From an uncultured Phycisphaerales bacterium (GTDB taxonomy: Bacteria > Planctomycetota > Phycisphaerae > Tepidisphaerales > Tepidisphaeraceae): a DNA stretch of 64,000 bases. Shown here piece after piece: positions 21,746 to 32,288 of this stretch; the first letter of the stretch is position 1, and each line of letters begins with the position of its first letter. Where the stretch lies: assembly GCA_963844715.1 (NCBI GenBank), contig CAWJPJ010000007.1, forward strand, positions 1,248,001 to 1,312,000, in the 5' to 3' direction. The position numbers and the translations under genes were made by a program. Below the pieces are notes generated by a model, which saw nothing but the letters and a program-made list of their open reading frames with translations, did not search any database and was not told where the DNA came from.

Positions 21746-23051
21746 TCATTCCAGCGGATTCAGAACCATGCCCGTGGCCAGCTTGGGATAGAAATAGGTG
21801 CTCTTCTGGGGCATTACCTCATTGGTCTTGCCTAGTTCTTCCAGGGCGTGCAGGGGGGTGCTCTTGAGGAGCAGGGCGATCTGGTATTTGGAGCCATCGC
21901 ACATTTTTGTGACGGCGTGGCTGTCGGCGGTGTAGCCGCGAGTGGGGTCCTGCCCGGCGGCGAATTTGGGCTTGAGAATCTCGTCGAGGAGATAACGCTG
22001 CAGAATGGCGACGTCGAGCTTTCGCCAGGCGGGAGAATGATCGGGTTCGAGCTTGGCGAGCACGTCGGGATTCTTGAAGGTGATCTGCCAGCTCTTGCGG
22101 GTGCGGCCGTCGAAGAGGCCGAACGTCGCGGCGGGCTGCTTGGGGAGGACGGAGTCGATGTAATCGGGTAACTGTGATTCTGAAATGGGCAGTAGCTTGA
22201 CGTCGGCGACGGGGGCGAGGGCTTGTTCAAATGCGGCTTCGTCGAAAGACGGGATGTTTCCGATGAGGCGATGGGTCGGGAGAATCAACAGGCCGTCATC
22301 CTGCATGGGGACGAGATCGAAAAGACAGAAATTGGCGGGATGGTTGGGGGCCAGCGGCCGCCGGATTTTCGGTCATCTCTTTTTGATATTGAAGGGCCAT
22401 GGTGTAGCGGTGGTGGCCGTCGGCAATATAAATCGGGCGTGTGGCGAAGAAGTCGATGACGGTATTTTCGGCCTCGCTGTCGTTGACGGACCAGAGATCG
22501 TTCTGGACGTCGCCGAGGGTGGCGGAGATTTCGGGTCTGGCGAGATTGCGATAGAGAGCGCTGGTCACTTGTCCGCGCGGATCGGAGAAAAGACCGAAGA
22601 TGGGAGACAACTGCATACGGGTGGCGCGGCAGAGTTTGAGGCGGTCGTGGATGGCGTCGGGATAGGTTTTTTCGTGGGGGACAACCTGGCCCTGGCCGAA
22701 GGGGCTGAGGCGGACGAGGGCCAGAAAGCCGCGGCGGTGGAAGGAGCGGCCGCCGTATTGATAGGTCTGGGCGTAGGGATAGAAGGCGGCTTTGGCGTCC
22801 TTTTGAAGAATGCCGGCGGCGACCCAGGCCTGGAGGGTGACGGCGGCGCCGGCGTAGGCTTCATCCGGGCCGACGGTTTTTGCGGGTAGGTGGGGGAGAT
22901 CGACCGTGACGATATTATTGGGGTGCTTCGCTTGCAGGGCGGCTTTGGCGGAGTCTTCCAGGACGTCGTACGGGGGGGCGACCAGGTTTGAGAAATCAAA
23001 CCCCTTGTTACGGGCGTATCGAACTGCTGCAAACGGCCGAACCTGCGACAC
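21746..23051 (-). CDS. DUF1015 family protein (frameshift ~22360)
   Basis: APPYDV, PHEKT, YIADGHHRY and MPQKSTYFYPKLATG motifs. Confidence 0.9.
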
Positions 23052-23160
23052 TTCTTACTCCAATCCAATCCGCGCCAAGAATAAGAGTGCACCGGGAAAG
23101 ATCAAGCCGACGCGCGTTGGACGTGCCCAGCGTCTTCCGATAGGATCATAGGCGAAAATT

Positions 23161-24101
23161 ATGATCCGAATTATTCTTGCCAATCCCCGCGGATTCTGTG
23201 CCGGCGTCAACATGGCAATCGAGACGGTGAACCAGGTCCTTTCCCTCAAAGGGCCGCCGGTTTTCGTCTACCATGAGATCGTGCATAACCGGCACGTTGT
23301 GGATGGGTTCCGGACGCGCGGCGTGACATTTGTGGACGATATACGCGAAGTGCCGGAGGGGGGCCTGGTCGTTTATAGCGCCACGGGATTTCTCCGGAAG
23401 TTCGAGCCCAGGCGAAGCTGCGGCGGCTGGTGGAAGTGGACGCCACATGTCCGCTGGTGACGAAAGTTCACATGGAAGTGCTTCGCTACGTGCGCGATGG
23501 ATATACGGTGATTTTCATCGGACATCGGCAGCACGATGAGGCGGTGGGGACAGTTGGGGAAGCGCCGAATTCGATTATTGTGGTCGAGACGCCGGAGGAA
23601 GTGCAGAGGCTTCAGGTGTCGAACCCGAGCCGGTTGGCTTACGTGACGCAAACGACGCTGAGCGTTTCGGATGCGCAGCGAGTCATCGATGCGCTGAAGA
23701 AGCGGTTCCCGAATATTCGATATCCGGCCAAGGACGATATTTGTTACGCAACGACGAACAGGCAGAACGCCGTGACGTTCATGAGTCCGGAAGTGGATTT
23801 AGTGCTCGTGATCGGGAGCAAGAACAGTTCGAACAGCCAGCGATTGGTGGAGCGGGCCGTGGAAGTGGGAAAACCGGCTTATTTGATCGACGATGCGTCG
23901 GAACTCAAGACGGAATGGTTTGACGGGATCGGAGCAGTTCTGGTGACGGCGGGGGCGTCGGCGCCGGAGCATTTGGTGGAAGATCTGGTCGGCCGGCTGA
24001 AGCGGGATTTCGGGGGCGTGGTGGAGACGAAGACGCTTTTGGAAGAGGGAATTTCGTTCGAGTTGCCGAAGTCGGTGCGCAGCCTGGCGGTAGTCGGCTG
24101 A
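23161..24101 (+). CDS. ispH: 4-hydroxy-3-methylbut-2-enyl diphosphate reductase (frameshift ~23385)
   Basis: PRGFCAGV, EIVHN, DATCPLVTKVH, DICYATTNRQ, NSSNS and TAGASAPE motifs. Confidence 0.95.
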
Positions 24102-24106
24102 GAGGA

Positions 24107-24178
24107 AATGCGGAATGCTGAATGATGAATGCTGAGTGCTGAATTAAATTCATCATTCAGTGTTCATCATTCAGCATT
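24107..24178. repeat. Inverted array of heptamer repeats (AATGMTG / CAKCATT)
   Basis: aatgcgg aatgctg aatgatg aatgctg agtgctg followed by the complementary attcatc attcagt gttcatc attcagc. Confidence 0.8.
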
Positions 24179-24196
24179 TTTTGTTCGTGAGGTTTT

Positions 24197-24943
24197 ATGA
24201 AGGGCGTAATTCTTGCCGGCGGGACGGGGTCTCGGCTGCTGCCTCTGACGAAAGTCACTAATAAGCATCTGCTTCCGGTCTATAACAAGCCGATGATTTT
24301 TTATCCCCTGGAGTGCATGGCCAAGGCGGGGATTGATGAAGTGTTGCTGGTCACCGGCGGGAACAACAGCGGGGATTTCATCCGGCTGCTGGGGAACGGG
24401 CGGGATTTTGGGCTGAAGAATTTGAATTACACTTATCAGGATGGGGCGGGGGGGATCGCCCAGGCGCTGAGTCTGGCGGAGCATTTTGTGGGGGGGGATA
24501 GTATTTGCCTGATCCTGGGTGACAACATTCTGGAATATACGATCAAGGAGCCTTGCCGGAAGTTTCGGCATCAGGGGCAGGGGGCGAAGATTCTTTTGTC
24601 GCAGGTGGAGAATCCGAAAGCGTACGGCGTCGCGGAATTGGACGGGACGCGGGTGCTTCGGATTGTCGAGAAGCCGAAGGAGCCCAAGAGCAACTGGGCG
24701 GTGATCGGGATTTATTTTTACGACAACAAGGTATTCGACATCGTCCGGACGCTAAAGCCATCGGCTCGAAACGAATTGGAAATCACCGATGTGAATAACG
24801 CGTATATCGATCGCGGGGAGATGACGGCCGACAAGGTCGACGGGTTTTGGGCCGACGCGGGGGAAAACATCGACTTCTATCTGAAGGCATGCAATATGAT
24901 TTCGCAGTGCGGGGGAGCGAACAAGGAAGAGGCGCATAAGTGA
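24197..24943 (+). CDS. rmlA: Glucose-1-phosphate thymidylyltransferase (short RmlA type)
   Basis: GVILAGGTGSRLLPLTKVTNKHLLPVYNKPMI, LILGDN, EKP and ARNELEITD motifs. Confidence 0.85.
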   Translation: MKGVILAGGTGSRLLPLTKVTNKHLLPVYNKPMIFYPLECMAKAGIDEVLLVTGGNNSGDFIRLLGNGRDFGLKNLNYTYQDGAGGIAQALSLAEHFVGGDSICLILGDNILEYTIKEPCRKFRHQGQGAKILLSQVENPKAYGVAELDGTRVLRIVEKPKEPKSNWAVIGIYFYDNKVFDIVRTLKPSARNELEITDVNNAYIDRGEMTADKVDGFWADAGENIDFYLKACNMISQCGGANKEEAHK

Positions 24944-24967
24944 CGGTCCTTTTGTAGAATCGGATTC

Positions 24968-25990
24968 ATGGCAAGTATTCTGGTCACGGGCGCCGCGGGG
25001 TTCATCGGATCGAATTTTGTTCGGTATCTGGTGGAGCGAAAAACCGGCGACACCATCGTGGCGTTCGACAAGCTGACCTATGCGGGGAATCTGGCGAATA
25101 TTCAGGATTTGCTCGGCGAGAAGGTGATTTTCATCCGGGGGGACATCTGTGAGCCGTTGCAAGTCACGGAGGCGTGGGAGCGACACAAGGTTACCCACGT
25201 GGTGAATTTCGCGGCTGAGAGCCATGTGGACCGGTCGATTTTGTCGTCGGGGCCGTTCGTGCAGACAAATGTCGTCGGGACGCAAATTCTTTTGGACATC
25301 GCGCGGGCGAAGGGGGTCGAGAAGTTTCTCCAGGTGAGCACGGATGAGGTTTACGGGTCGCTGCCGGAGGATAAGCCGGAGGTGAAGTTCACCGAGGAGA
25401 CGCCGCTTCAGCCGAACAGCCCATATAGCGCGACCAAGGCGGCGGCGGATTGTTTGGCGCGGGCTTATTTTCACACGTTCAATATGCCGGTGCTGATCAC
25501 GCGATGCAGCAACAATTACGGGCCGTATCAGTTTCCGGAAAAGCTGATCCCGCTCTTTGTGACCAATCTGATCGAGGGGAAGAAAGTTCCGTTGTACGGC
25601 GACGGAATGAACATCCGCGATTGGCTTTATGTGGAAGACCATTGCGATGCGCTCTGGACCGTTCTGACGAAAGGGGCCGCGGGCGAAGTGTTTAACATCG
25701 GGGGGAATAACGAGATTCCGAATCGGAAGATCACGGAGACGATTTTGAGGGAGATGGGGAAGCCCTGGGATCAGTTTGTGCAATATGTGAAGGACCGGCC
25801 CGGGCATGATCGGCGGTATGCGATCGATGCCCAGAAGATTCGGCGCGAGCTGGGGTGGTCGCCGAAGCATCGGTTTGAGGAGGCGATTCGGACCACGATC
25901 GAGTGGTTCAAGCGGAATGAATCGTGGTGGCGGAGCATTAAAAGCGGTGAATATCTGAAATACTACGAAACGCAGTATTCGGGGAGATAG
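24968..25990 (+). CDS. rmlB: dTDP-glucose 4,6-dehydratase
   Basis: TGAAGFIGSNF, DKLTYAGN, AAESHVDRSI, STDEVYG, PYSATKAAAD and DRPGHDRRYA motifs. Confidence 0.95.
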   Translation: MASILVTGAAGFIGSNFVRYLVERKTGDTIVAFDKLTYAGNLANIQDLLGEKVIFIRGDICEPLQVTEAWERHKVTHVVNFAAESHVDRSILSSGPFVQTNVVGTQILLDIARAKGVEKFLQVSTDEVYGSLPEDKPEVKFTEETPLQPNSPYSATKAAADCLARAYFHTFNMPVLITRCSNNYGPYQFPEKLIPLFVTNLIEGKKVPLYGDGMNIRDWLYVEDHCDALWTVLTKGAAGEVFNIGGNNEIPNRKITETILREMGKPWDQFVQYVKDRPGHDRRYAIDAQKIRRELGWSPKHRFEEAIRTTIEWFKRNESWWRSIKSGEYLKYYETQYSGR

Positions 25991-26491
25991 ATGTCGCAGG
26001 GATCGGAAATATCCATCCTGCCCGCGGCTGAAGCCGATGTCCCGGTCATTTTAGATTTCATCCGGCGCTTGGCGGAGTACGAGAAGCTTGCGCACGAGGT
26101 CCAGGCTTCGGAGGACCTGCTTCGCAAAAATATTTTTGGCCCTCATCCGGCTGCCGAAGCGATCATCGCCAGGCTCGGCGGCAAGCCCGCCGGGTTTGCG
26201 CTTTGGTTTGGGACGTTTTCGACGTTTGTGGGGAAGCCGGGGATTTGGCTCGAGGATTTGTTTGTGCTTCCCGAATTCAGGCGCAATGGGATTGGGTTGG
26301 CGCTGCTTCGGCGGGTGGCGCAGATTGCGATCGATCGGGATTGCGGACGGATTGAATGGTCGGTGCTGGATTGGAACGAGCCGGCGTTGAAACTCTATCG
26401 CAAGCTGGGGACGGTTCCGATGTCCGATTGGACGACGCAGCGGCTGAGATTGACAGGCGAGCCGCTTCGCTGGCTGGCGGAGAAGCCATGA
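25991..26491 (+). CDS. GNAT family N-acetyltransferase (SSAT/diamine acetyltransferase-like)
   Basis: LAEYEKL, IWLEDLFVLPEFRRNGIG and EWSVLDWNEPA motifs. Confidence 0.9.
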   Translation: MSQGSEISILPAAEADVPVILDFIRRLAEYEKLAHEVQASEDLLRKNIFGPHPAAEAIIARLGGKPAGFALWFGTFSTFVGKPGIWLEDLFVLPEFRRNGIGLALLRRVAQIAIDRDCGRIEWSVLDWNEPALKLYRKLGTVPMSDWTTQRLRLTGEPLRWLAEKP

Positions 26492-27369
26492 GCCTTTACG
26501 ATTCGATTTTGATTACCGGGGCGGGGGGGATGCTCGGGCATGCGTTTGCCGATGCACTGGCTGCGCGGGGGCGGAGGGCGATTGGGTTGTCGCGGTCGGA
26601 ATTGGATATCGCGGATGAGGGCAAATTAGCCGAAGTATTTAAAAAACATCGTCCTTCGCTGGTGCTGAATTGTGCGGCCCATACGAAGGTTGATCTTTGC
26701 GAACAGGAAAGGGAGAGGGCGGATGCGATTAACGGATATGCGGTTGGACGGGTGGCGCGGCTTTGCCGGGAGCAGAACGCGTGTCTGGTTCATCTTAGCA
26801 CGGATTTTGTTTTTGACGGGTCTGGTCGTCGGCCGTATCTGCCGGATGACGAGGTCGATCCTCTGAGCGCGTACGGGCGGTCGAAATTGCTTGGGGAGAC
26901 GGAATTGCAGAAGCACGCGCCGGCGCGGTGGTTGCTGGTTCGGACGGCTTGGGTTTATGGGCGGCATGGGGCGAATTTTCCGCGGACGATGGTTCAAGCG
27001 GCGCAGGCGGGGAAGCCGCTGACGGTAGTGAACGATCAGTTCGGCTCGCCGACGTATACGCCGGACTTGGCGGAGGGGATTCTGGACCTATTAGACGCCG
27101 GAGCTTCGGGCATCTGGCATTTGACGAATTCGGGGACGACGAATTGGTTCGAATTTGCAACGGCGACACTCGGGCAATTTGGCGTGAAGGCGCAGATTTC
27201 GCCGGCGAGCAGCGGGGAGTGGAAGAAGATGAGGCCGGAGTCGGCGATCCGGCCGGGATATAGCGTGCTGGACATCGAGCCATTCGCGCGGCGGGTCGGG
27301 CGGCCGATGCGGCCTTGGCAGGAAGCCCTGGCGGATTACCGCGCGGAAGTGCAGAGGCAAGGGTTCTGA
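26488..27369 (+). CDS. rmlD: dTDP-4-dehydrorhamnose reductase
   Basis: ITGAGGMLG, NCAAHTKVDLCE, STDFVFDG, YGRSKLLGE and VNDQFGSPT motifs. Confidence 0.95.
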   Translation: MSLYDSILITGAGGMLGHAFADALAARGRRAIGLSRSELDIADEGKLAEVFKKHRPSLVLNCAAHTKVDLCEQERERADAINGYAVGRVARLCREQNACLVHLSTDFVFDGSGRRPYLPDDEVDPLSAYGRSKLLGETELQKHAPARWLLVRTAWVYGRHGANFPRTMVQAAQAGKPLTVVNDQFGSPTYTPDLAEGILDLLDAGASGIWHLTNSGTTNWFEFATATLGQFGVKAQISPASSGEWKKMRPESAIRPGYSVLDIEPFARRVGRPMRPWQEALADYRAEVQRQGF

Positions 27370-27399
27370 GTATAATTGTGAAGCATTAGGAGTCTGTTA

Positions 27400-27804
27400 A
27401 TGCGACCGCATCTCTTTTTGTTGCTTGCCGCTACATTGCTGTGGGGTTGCGGGACGGACCACTCGAGCGAAGGTCATGCCGGGGCGGGCCCGCAATATTT
27501 AATTAGCGGGAACGTGCCGGCCGCGGGACGCCATGATTTGCATCCGGGCGATACGGTCTCGGTCGTGCTGGACCGCGATCTGGCGGATGCCAACGTCGGG
27601 GCGATTACACTGGTGCTGGTCCGGCAAGGCCCTGAGGGAAAGTCGCGGCAACTGATTCAATTGAACGCGTCGGGAAAGTTGATGGATGAAAAGCAGAACT
27701 ATGTTCTGCGGGACGGGGACGAGCTGATCTTCCCGAGCGGGGCGTCGAGTCCGGAATCGTCGTCGAATCGCCCGGACCTTCCACCGGCGCGCGGCGGTCC
27801 GTGA
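27400..27804 (+). CDS. Hypothetical lipoprotein with SLBB/Wza-like beta-grasp motif
   Basis: Lipobox LWGC; ISGNVP..G and YVLRDGDELIFP resemble SLBB domains. Confidence 0.55.
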   Translation: MRPHLFLLLAATLLWGCGTDHSSEGHAGAGPQYLISGNVPAAGRHDLHPGDTVSVVLDRDLADANVGAITLVLVRQGPEGKSRQLIQLNASGKLMDEKQNYVLRDGDELIFPSGASSPESSSNRPDLPPARGGP

Positions 27805-27822
27805 GTTTCGAGAGCCGCGCCG

Positions 27823-29765
27823 ATGGTTCATTTATTCCTTAAAACGTACCGCGACGCGGCGCCGCAGCGCAATGCCGAGATGGCCGAGGCGGTCCGTCGC
27901 AGTAAAGCTTGCCGTTTTATCGACCAGGTGGTCGAGGTCGCCGAGCCGGCGCAGATGTCGATGCGGGAGATGATGTCGCTGGCGCGATCTCGCGTGGGGT
28001 GGGCGGACGTGGTGGTGATCGCCAACGGGGATATTTATTTCGACGATACGGCGAGTTTGCTGAATCATGTCGGGTACGAGGAGTGTTTCGCGCTGTCGAG
28101 ATATGAAGATGAGCGGGGGGAACAGCTTTGCGAGAATCCGCAGGGGAGCCAGTCATCGTGGGTATTTCGCGGGCCGCCGCCGGATGTGGCGGCGGAATTT
28201 GCGACGTGCGTGCCGGGGTGCGACCACCGGTTTAACTGGCTTTTGAAGGAGGCGGGGTACTCGGTTTACAACCCGTCGTTATCGATCAAGTCGCACCATC
28301 TGCACACCAGCGGGATTCGATACTTCGATGCCCAGCGTGACAAGGTGCCGGGTGAGGGACTGCTGGTGGCGCCCTGCCGCATCGAGAATATTCGGCATCG
28401 GGCGTCGGATCCGGTGCTGAAGCCGGGGAGGGTGGCGATCATTCAGCTTCAGGCGTTCGGGGATATCGTGATCGCGCTGCCGATCGCGTACGACCTGGCG
28501 CGGCAAGGTCACCAGGTCTCCTGGTATGTGCGTCCGGAGTGTGCTCCTTTGCTGGAGGGAGTCAGCTATGTGACGCCGGTGATTTGGGAGGGGGACTACA
28601 AGAAGCCGGCGGAGGCGGCCGAGCACGCCAAGGCGCACGGGTTTGATCTGGTGCTGGGGACGCAGGCCGATCATTTCCCGGAGGCGAGTCCGCAAAAGTT
28701 GAGAAGCTTTGCGGCGGAGATGTGGGCCCGCGCGGGTATTTGGATAAATTCCATATTCTTCCGTGCGCCTTTGATCGCGCACACGCGCCCGTCGAGGGAT
28801 GGAAGCCCGCGGGAGGGAAGCCGATCCTCGCCTATTGTCTGGACGCCCGCACCTCGCCCTATCCGAAGGACTCGAAGCAGCGCCTGGTGGACTGGCTAGA
28901 GAAGAATTTCGGCGGCGATTTTAACCTTCTGCAGATCGATGCATCGCTGGGAAAGCCGGATGCCTTATCGCTGATCCTGCGCGAGGTTAAGGTCCTTATC
29001 TCGGTTGACACATTTCCGCTGCACATGGCATATGCGGCGGGTACGCCGACCATCGCCATCACCGCGAAGGGTCGAAGGGCCAGCGAGCCGCGGCGAAACT
29101 GGATCGAGCAGATCGACTACGGGCAAAGCGCGATGGGGGACGGGTTTGAGAGGATTTCGGCCGCGCTGCGCGCCGTGCTCGCGGGCAAAATCGAACCGGG
29201 GCGCCTCATTGTGCGGCCGGAAGAGATGCCGGCGCAGCCTCCTTCGCAGCTTCGCGTGCTATCCATCTTGATCCCGGCGGTTAACCGGAATCAGCCCGGT
29301 TTGCGCCAGCTCCTCGACGGATTGGTCACGCAATTGGTCGGTCATCACGAAATCGAAGTCACGGTCGATGATACGGACGACGGCAAAACTCCGCTATGGG
29401 AAAAGAGAAACAATCTTCTGCGCGGGGCCAATGGCGAGTATTGTTGCTTCATTGACGTGGGGGATAATGTGGGGAGCGATTATATCGGGCTGATTGTTCG
29501 GGCATTGGGGGATCGGCCCGACTGCGTCGGTTTTAAGGTGGGGCGCGTCGCCGATGGAAAGGTGCAGTCCGAGGAGATTCATTCGTTGGAAGAGGGCGGC
29601 GGGTCGTTGGGCATCAGTCATCTGTGCCCGGTGCGAACCGAAATCGCCAGAAAGATCGGCTTTGGCCCCGGGGGAGATGGCGACTATGCCCGGAAACTGG
29701 CGGCGAGCGGGCTTCTTGAATTCGAGAACTTCATCGACGCCGTGATCTATGCCAAGTCAGTTTAG
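27823..29765 (+). CDS. Three-domain glycosyltransferase-like protein, copy 1 (GT-A-like + GT9-like + GT2-like); frameshift ~28720-28745
   Basis: ANGDIYFDD...FALSRY...SQSSWVF; AFGDIVIALP...SVDTFPLHMAYAAGTPTIA; LSILIPA...GEYCCFID. Confidence 0.7.
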
Positions 29766-29840
29766 AGTAAGGCTCTCGAATCGCCGACAATTCCCCTGCA
29801 ATCGGCGGAGGAACGACGCGGCGGACGCCTTCTTTTTTCT

Positions 29841-29970
29841 CCCTCTCCCTGTACGCAGGGAGAGGGCAGGGGTGAGGGTTCTTTCGGTCCGCGCGGATCG
29901 TCCCTCACCCCTCGCGCAGAACCTGGCGGAAGACGAAAGAGAGTGCTCTCCCCGAGTACAGGGAGAGGGG
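29841..29970. repeat. Inverted pair of REP-like elements; the second copy is interrupted by ~35 nt
   Basis: 29841-29880 is the reverse complement of the 15525-15564 element (2 mismatches). The split copy is ccctcacccc (29902-29911) plus ctctccccgagtacagggagagggg (29946-29970). Confidence 0.75.
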
Positions 29971-30001
29971 ATAAATGCGGTGCGGACGGCGGACGAGCGT
30001 C

Positions 30002-31943
30002 ATGACGCATTTGATCATCAATTCGTACCCGGCCACGAATTCACAGAGGCGCGCCGAAAACGCCGAGGCGCTGCGGCGGAATCGGGCGTGCAAATTTATC
30101 GATCGAATTCACGAGATCACCAATCCGGAGCGCCCGACGTTTCGGCAGCTCTTGGCGGAAGCGCGCGGGCGCGTTGGGTGGGCGGATATTGTGATCGTCG
30201 CGAACAGCGATATTTATTTTGACGATACCGCCACGCTGCTCGACTACATCGGACACTCAGAGTGCTTCGCGCTCGCTAGATATGAGGAGGGCGGGGAGTT
30301 TTCCGTCAATCCCGCGGCAAGCCAGGACGCGTGGGTTTTTCGCGGGTGGCCGCCGGATGTGGCGGCGGATTTTCCGCTGGGGGTTGCGGGGGTGGACCAA
30401 TTATTCGGGCAGCTTTTGCGCGACGCGGGGTATTCGGTTTATAACCGTTGCCGATCGATCAAGTGCCATCATCTGCACGTCGGCGGGGCGCGGGTGCGGA
30501 AATCAGAGGATGCGATTCCGCGGGAGTATGCGTATTTGCCGCCTTGCGGGATTGAACATATTCGGCATCGGTCTAGCGATGCGATTGAGACGCCGGGGAA
30601 AATCGCGATCGTTCTGCTGGGGGGATTTGGGGATATCGTCAATGCGCTGCCGATCGCGATGGATTTGCATCGGAAGGGGCATGAGGTTTCGTGGTATGTG
30701 CATCGGGATTTTGCGGCGCTGTTGGAGGGAGCGAGTTATGTGAAGCCGGCGATCTGGGAGGGGGAGATTGAGCCCCCGGATGCGGCGGTGGCGCATGCGC
30801 GATCGCGGGGATTTGATCGAGTGCTGTGCTTGCAGGTTAACGCGGACAATCCGGCGTCGCCGCACTCTTCGCGGAATTTGTTGACGGAGTCTTGGGCGGC
30901 GGCGGGGTATTTGGATAAGTATCACATTCTTCCTTGTGTGTTCGATCGAGCGCAGGCGCCGCCGGAGGATTGGAAGCCGGCGGGGGGCAAGGCGATTCTT
31001 GCTTATTGCCTGGAGGGGCAGACGTCTCCCTATGCGGCGGATTTGAAGGCCGATCTGGTTCGGTGGTTGGGGGAGAAATACGGGGCGCAATTTGAACTGG
31101 TGGAGATTGGCGGGGGGGACTGCCGATCGGATTCGCTGCTGGAGATTCTGCGGGAATCGGCGGTTTTGGTCAGCGTGGACGCATTTCCGTTGCACATGGG
31201 ATACGCGGCGGGGACGCCGACGATTGCAATCACGGCGCGAGGGTGGATTGGATCGGAGCCGCGGCGGAATTGGATCGAGCATTTGAGCTACGCCGAAGCC
31301 GCGGGGATGGAGGGTCGCGAGAAAATTGCGGCGGCGTTGGGGGCGCTACTGGCAGGGAAGATCGAGCCGGGGAAACTGATTTGCCAGCCGGGGAATATGC
31401 CGGCGCCGAAGTTTGCGCAGATCAGGAGTTTGTCGATCCTGATCGCGGCGAAGACGGCGCATCAGGCTCAGCTCAAGGCGTTGCTGGACCGGCTTGTGCC
31501 GCAATTGAAAGGGCATGAAGAGATCGAGTTATTGTGCGACCTGGATCCGGGTCCAGCGGCGATGTGGGAGCGGAGGAAGAAGCTGCTGGACTCAGCGCAT
31601 GGGGAGTATTGCTGTTTCGTGGATGTGGAGGACATGGTGGCGGATAATTTCGTCGCGGTGCTGTTGCCGGCGCATGCGGGGCCGGCCGGATTTTGTGGGA
31701 TTCAAAGTTGGAGAGGTGGCGGCGGGCGAATTTAAGTCGGTGATGCCGATCAGCGCCTTGGAGGAGTCGAGCGGGGAGCCGGCGCATCTTTGCCCGATCA
31801 AGACGCATTTGGCCAGGAAGATCGGTTTCGGTCCGGGAGGGGATGCGGACTATGCGAGGTGGCTGGCGCAATCGGAGATCGTTGAGAGCGAGAATTTTGT
31901 GGATGCGGTGATCTACTTCAAAACGTGTCGGACGGAAAAATAA
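30002..31943 (+). CDS. Three-domain glycosyltransferase-like protein, copy 2 (frameshift ~31670)
   Basis: Colinear paralog of copy 1: ANSDIYFDD, SQDAWVF, GFGDIVNALP, SVDAFPLHMGYAAGTPTIA, LSILIAA, HLCPIK. Confidence 0.7.
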
Positions 31944-31971
31944 AAAAAGAGCCGACCCGGGCAAGGTCGGC
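31942..31971 (-). terminator. Rho-independent terminator oriented on the minus strand
   Basis: gccgacc/ggtcggc stem (31951-57/31965-71) preceded by an A7 run on +. Confidence 0.6.
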
Positions 31972-32288
31972 CCTGAATGGGGCTGATGAAGAGTGTTTCA
32001 GGTTGTGGATGCGAAACACTCTTCACATCGGGGGAAGAATGGGCTAAATTTGACCCAGCTAAGCGTATCTCTACATCCGACTGGGTTGCTGGGAAGTATC
32101 GCAAGCATCGTGCCGATAACTTTTTTGGCGATTCGAAAATGTTGCCTTCGAGCCATTACTCTTGTATTTCAAGTCCTTTAGGAAATGTCATCGATGAATA
32201 AAAGAACGGGCGGCGGGGATATTTAACTACGACAATGTGGCACTGGTCGGCCAAAAAAGTGCGACGGAATTGGCGAAGGCAGGTGTAT

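Noticed and set aside
23161..24101. Pseudogenes or programmed frameshifting in ispH and other split genes
   Set aside because: Core genes are affected, there is no shared slippery motif, and the coding sequence is otherwise intact. Sequencing error is the simplest explanation.
31983..32024. CTGATGA...GAAA resembling a hammerhead ribozyme core
   Set aside because: No stem II closes between CUGAUGA and GAAA. These bases instead form one long simple hairpin, and no stems I/III with a cleavage triplet are apparent.
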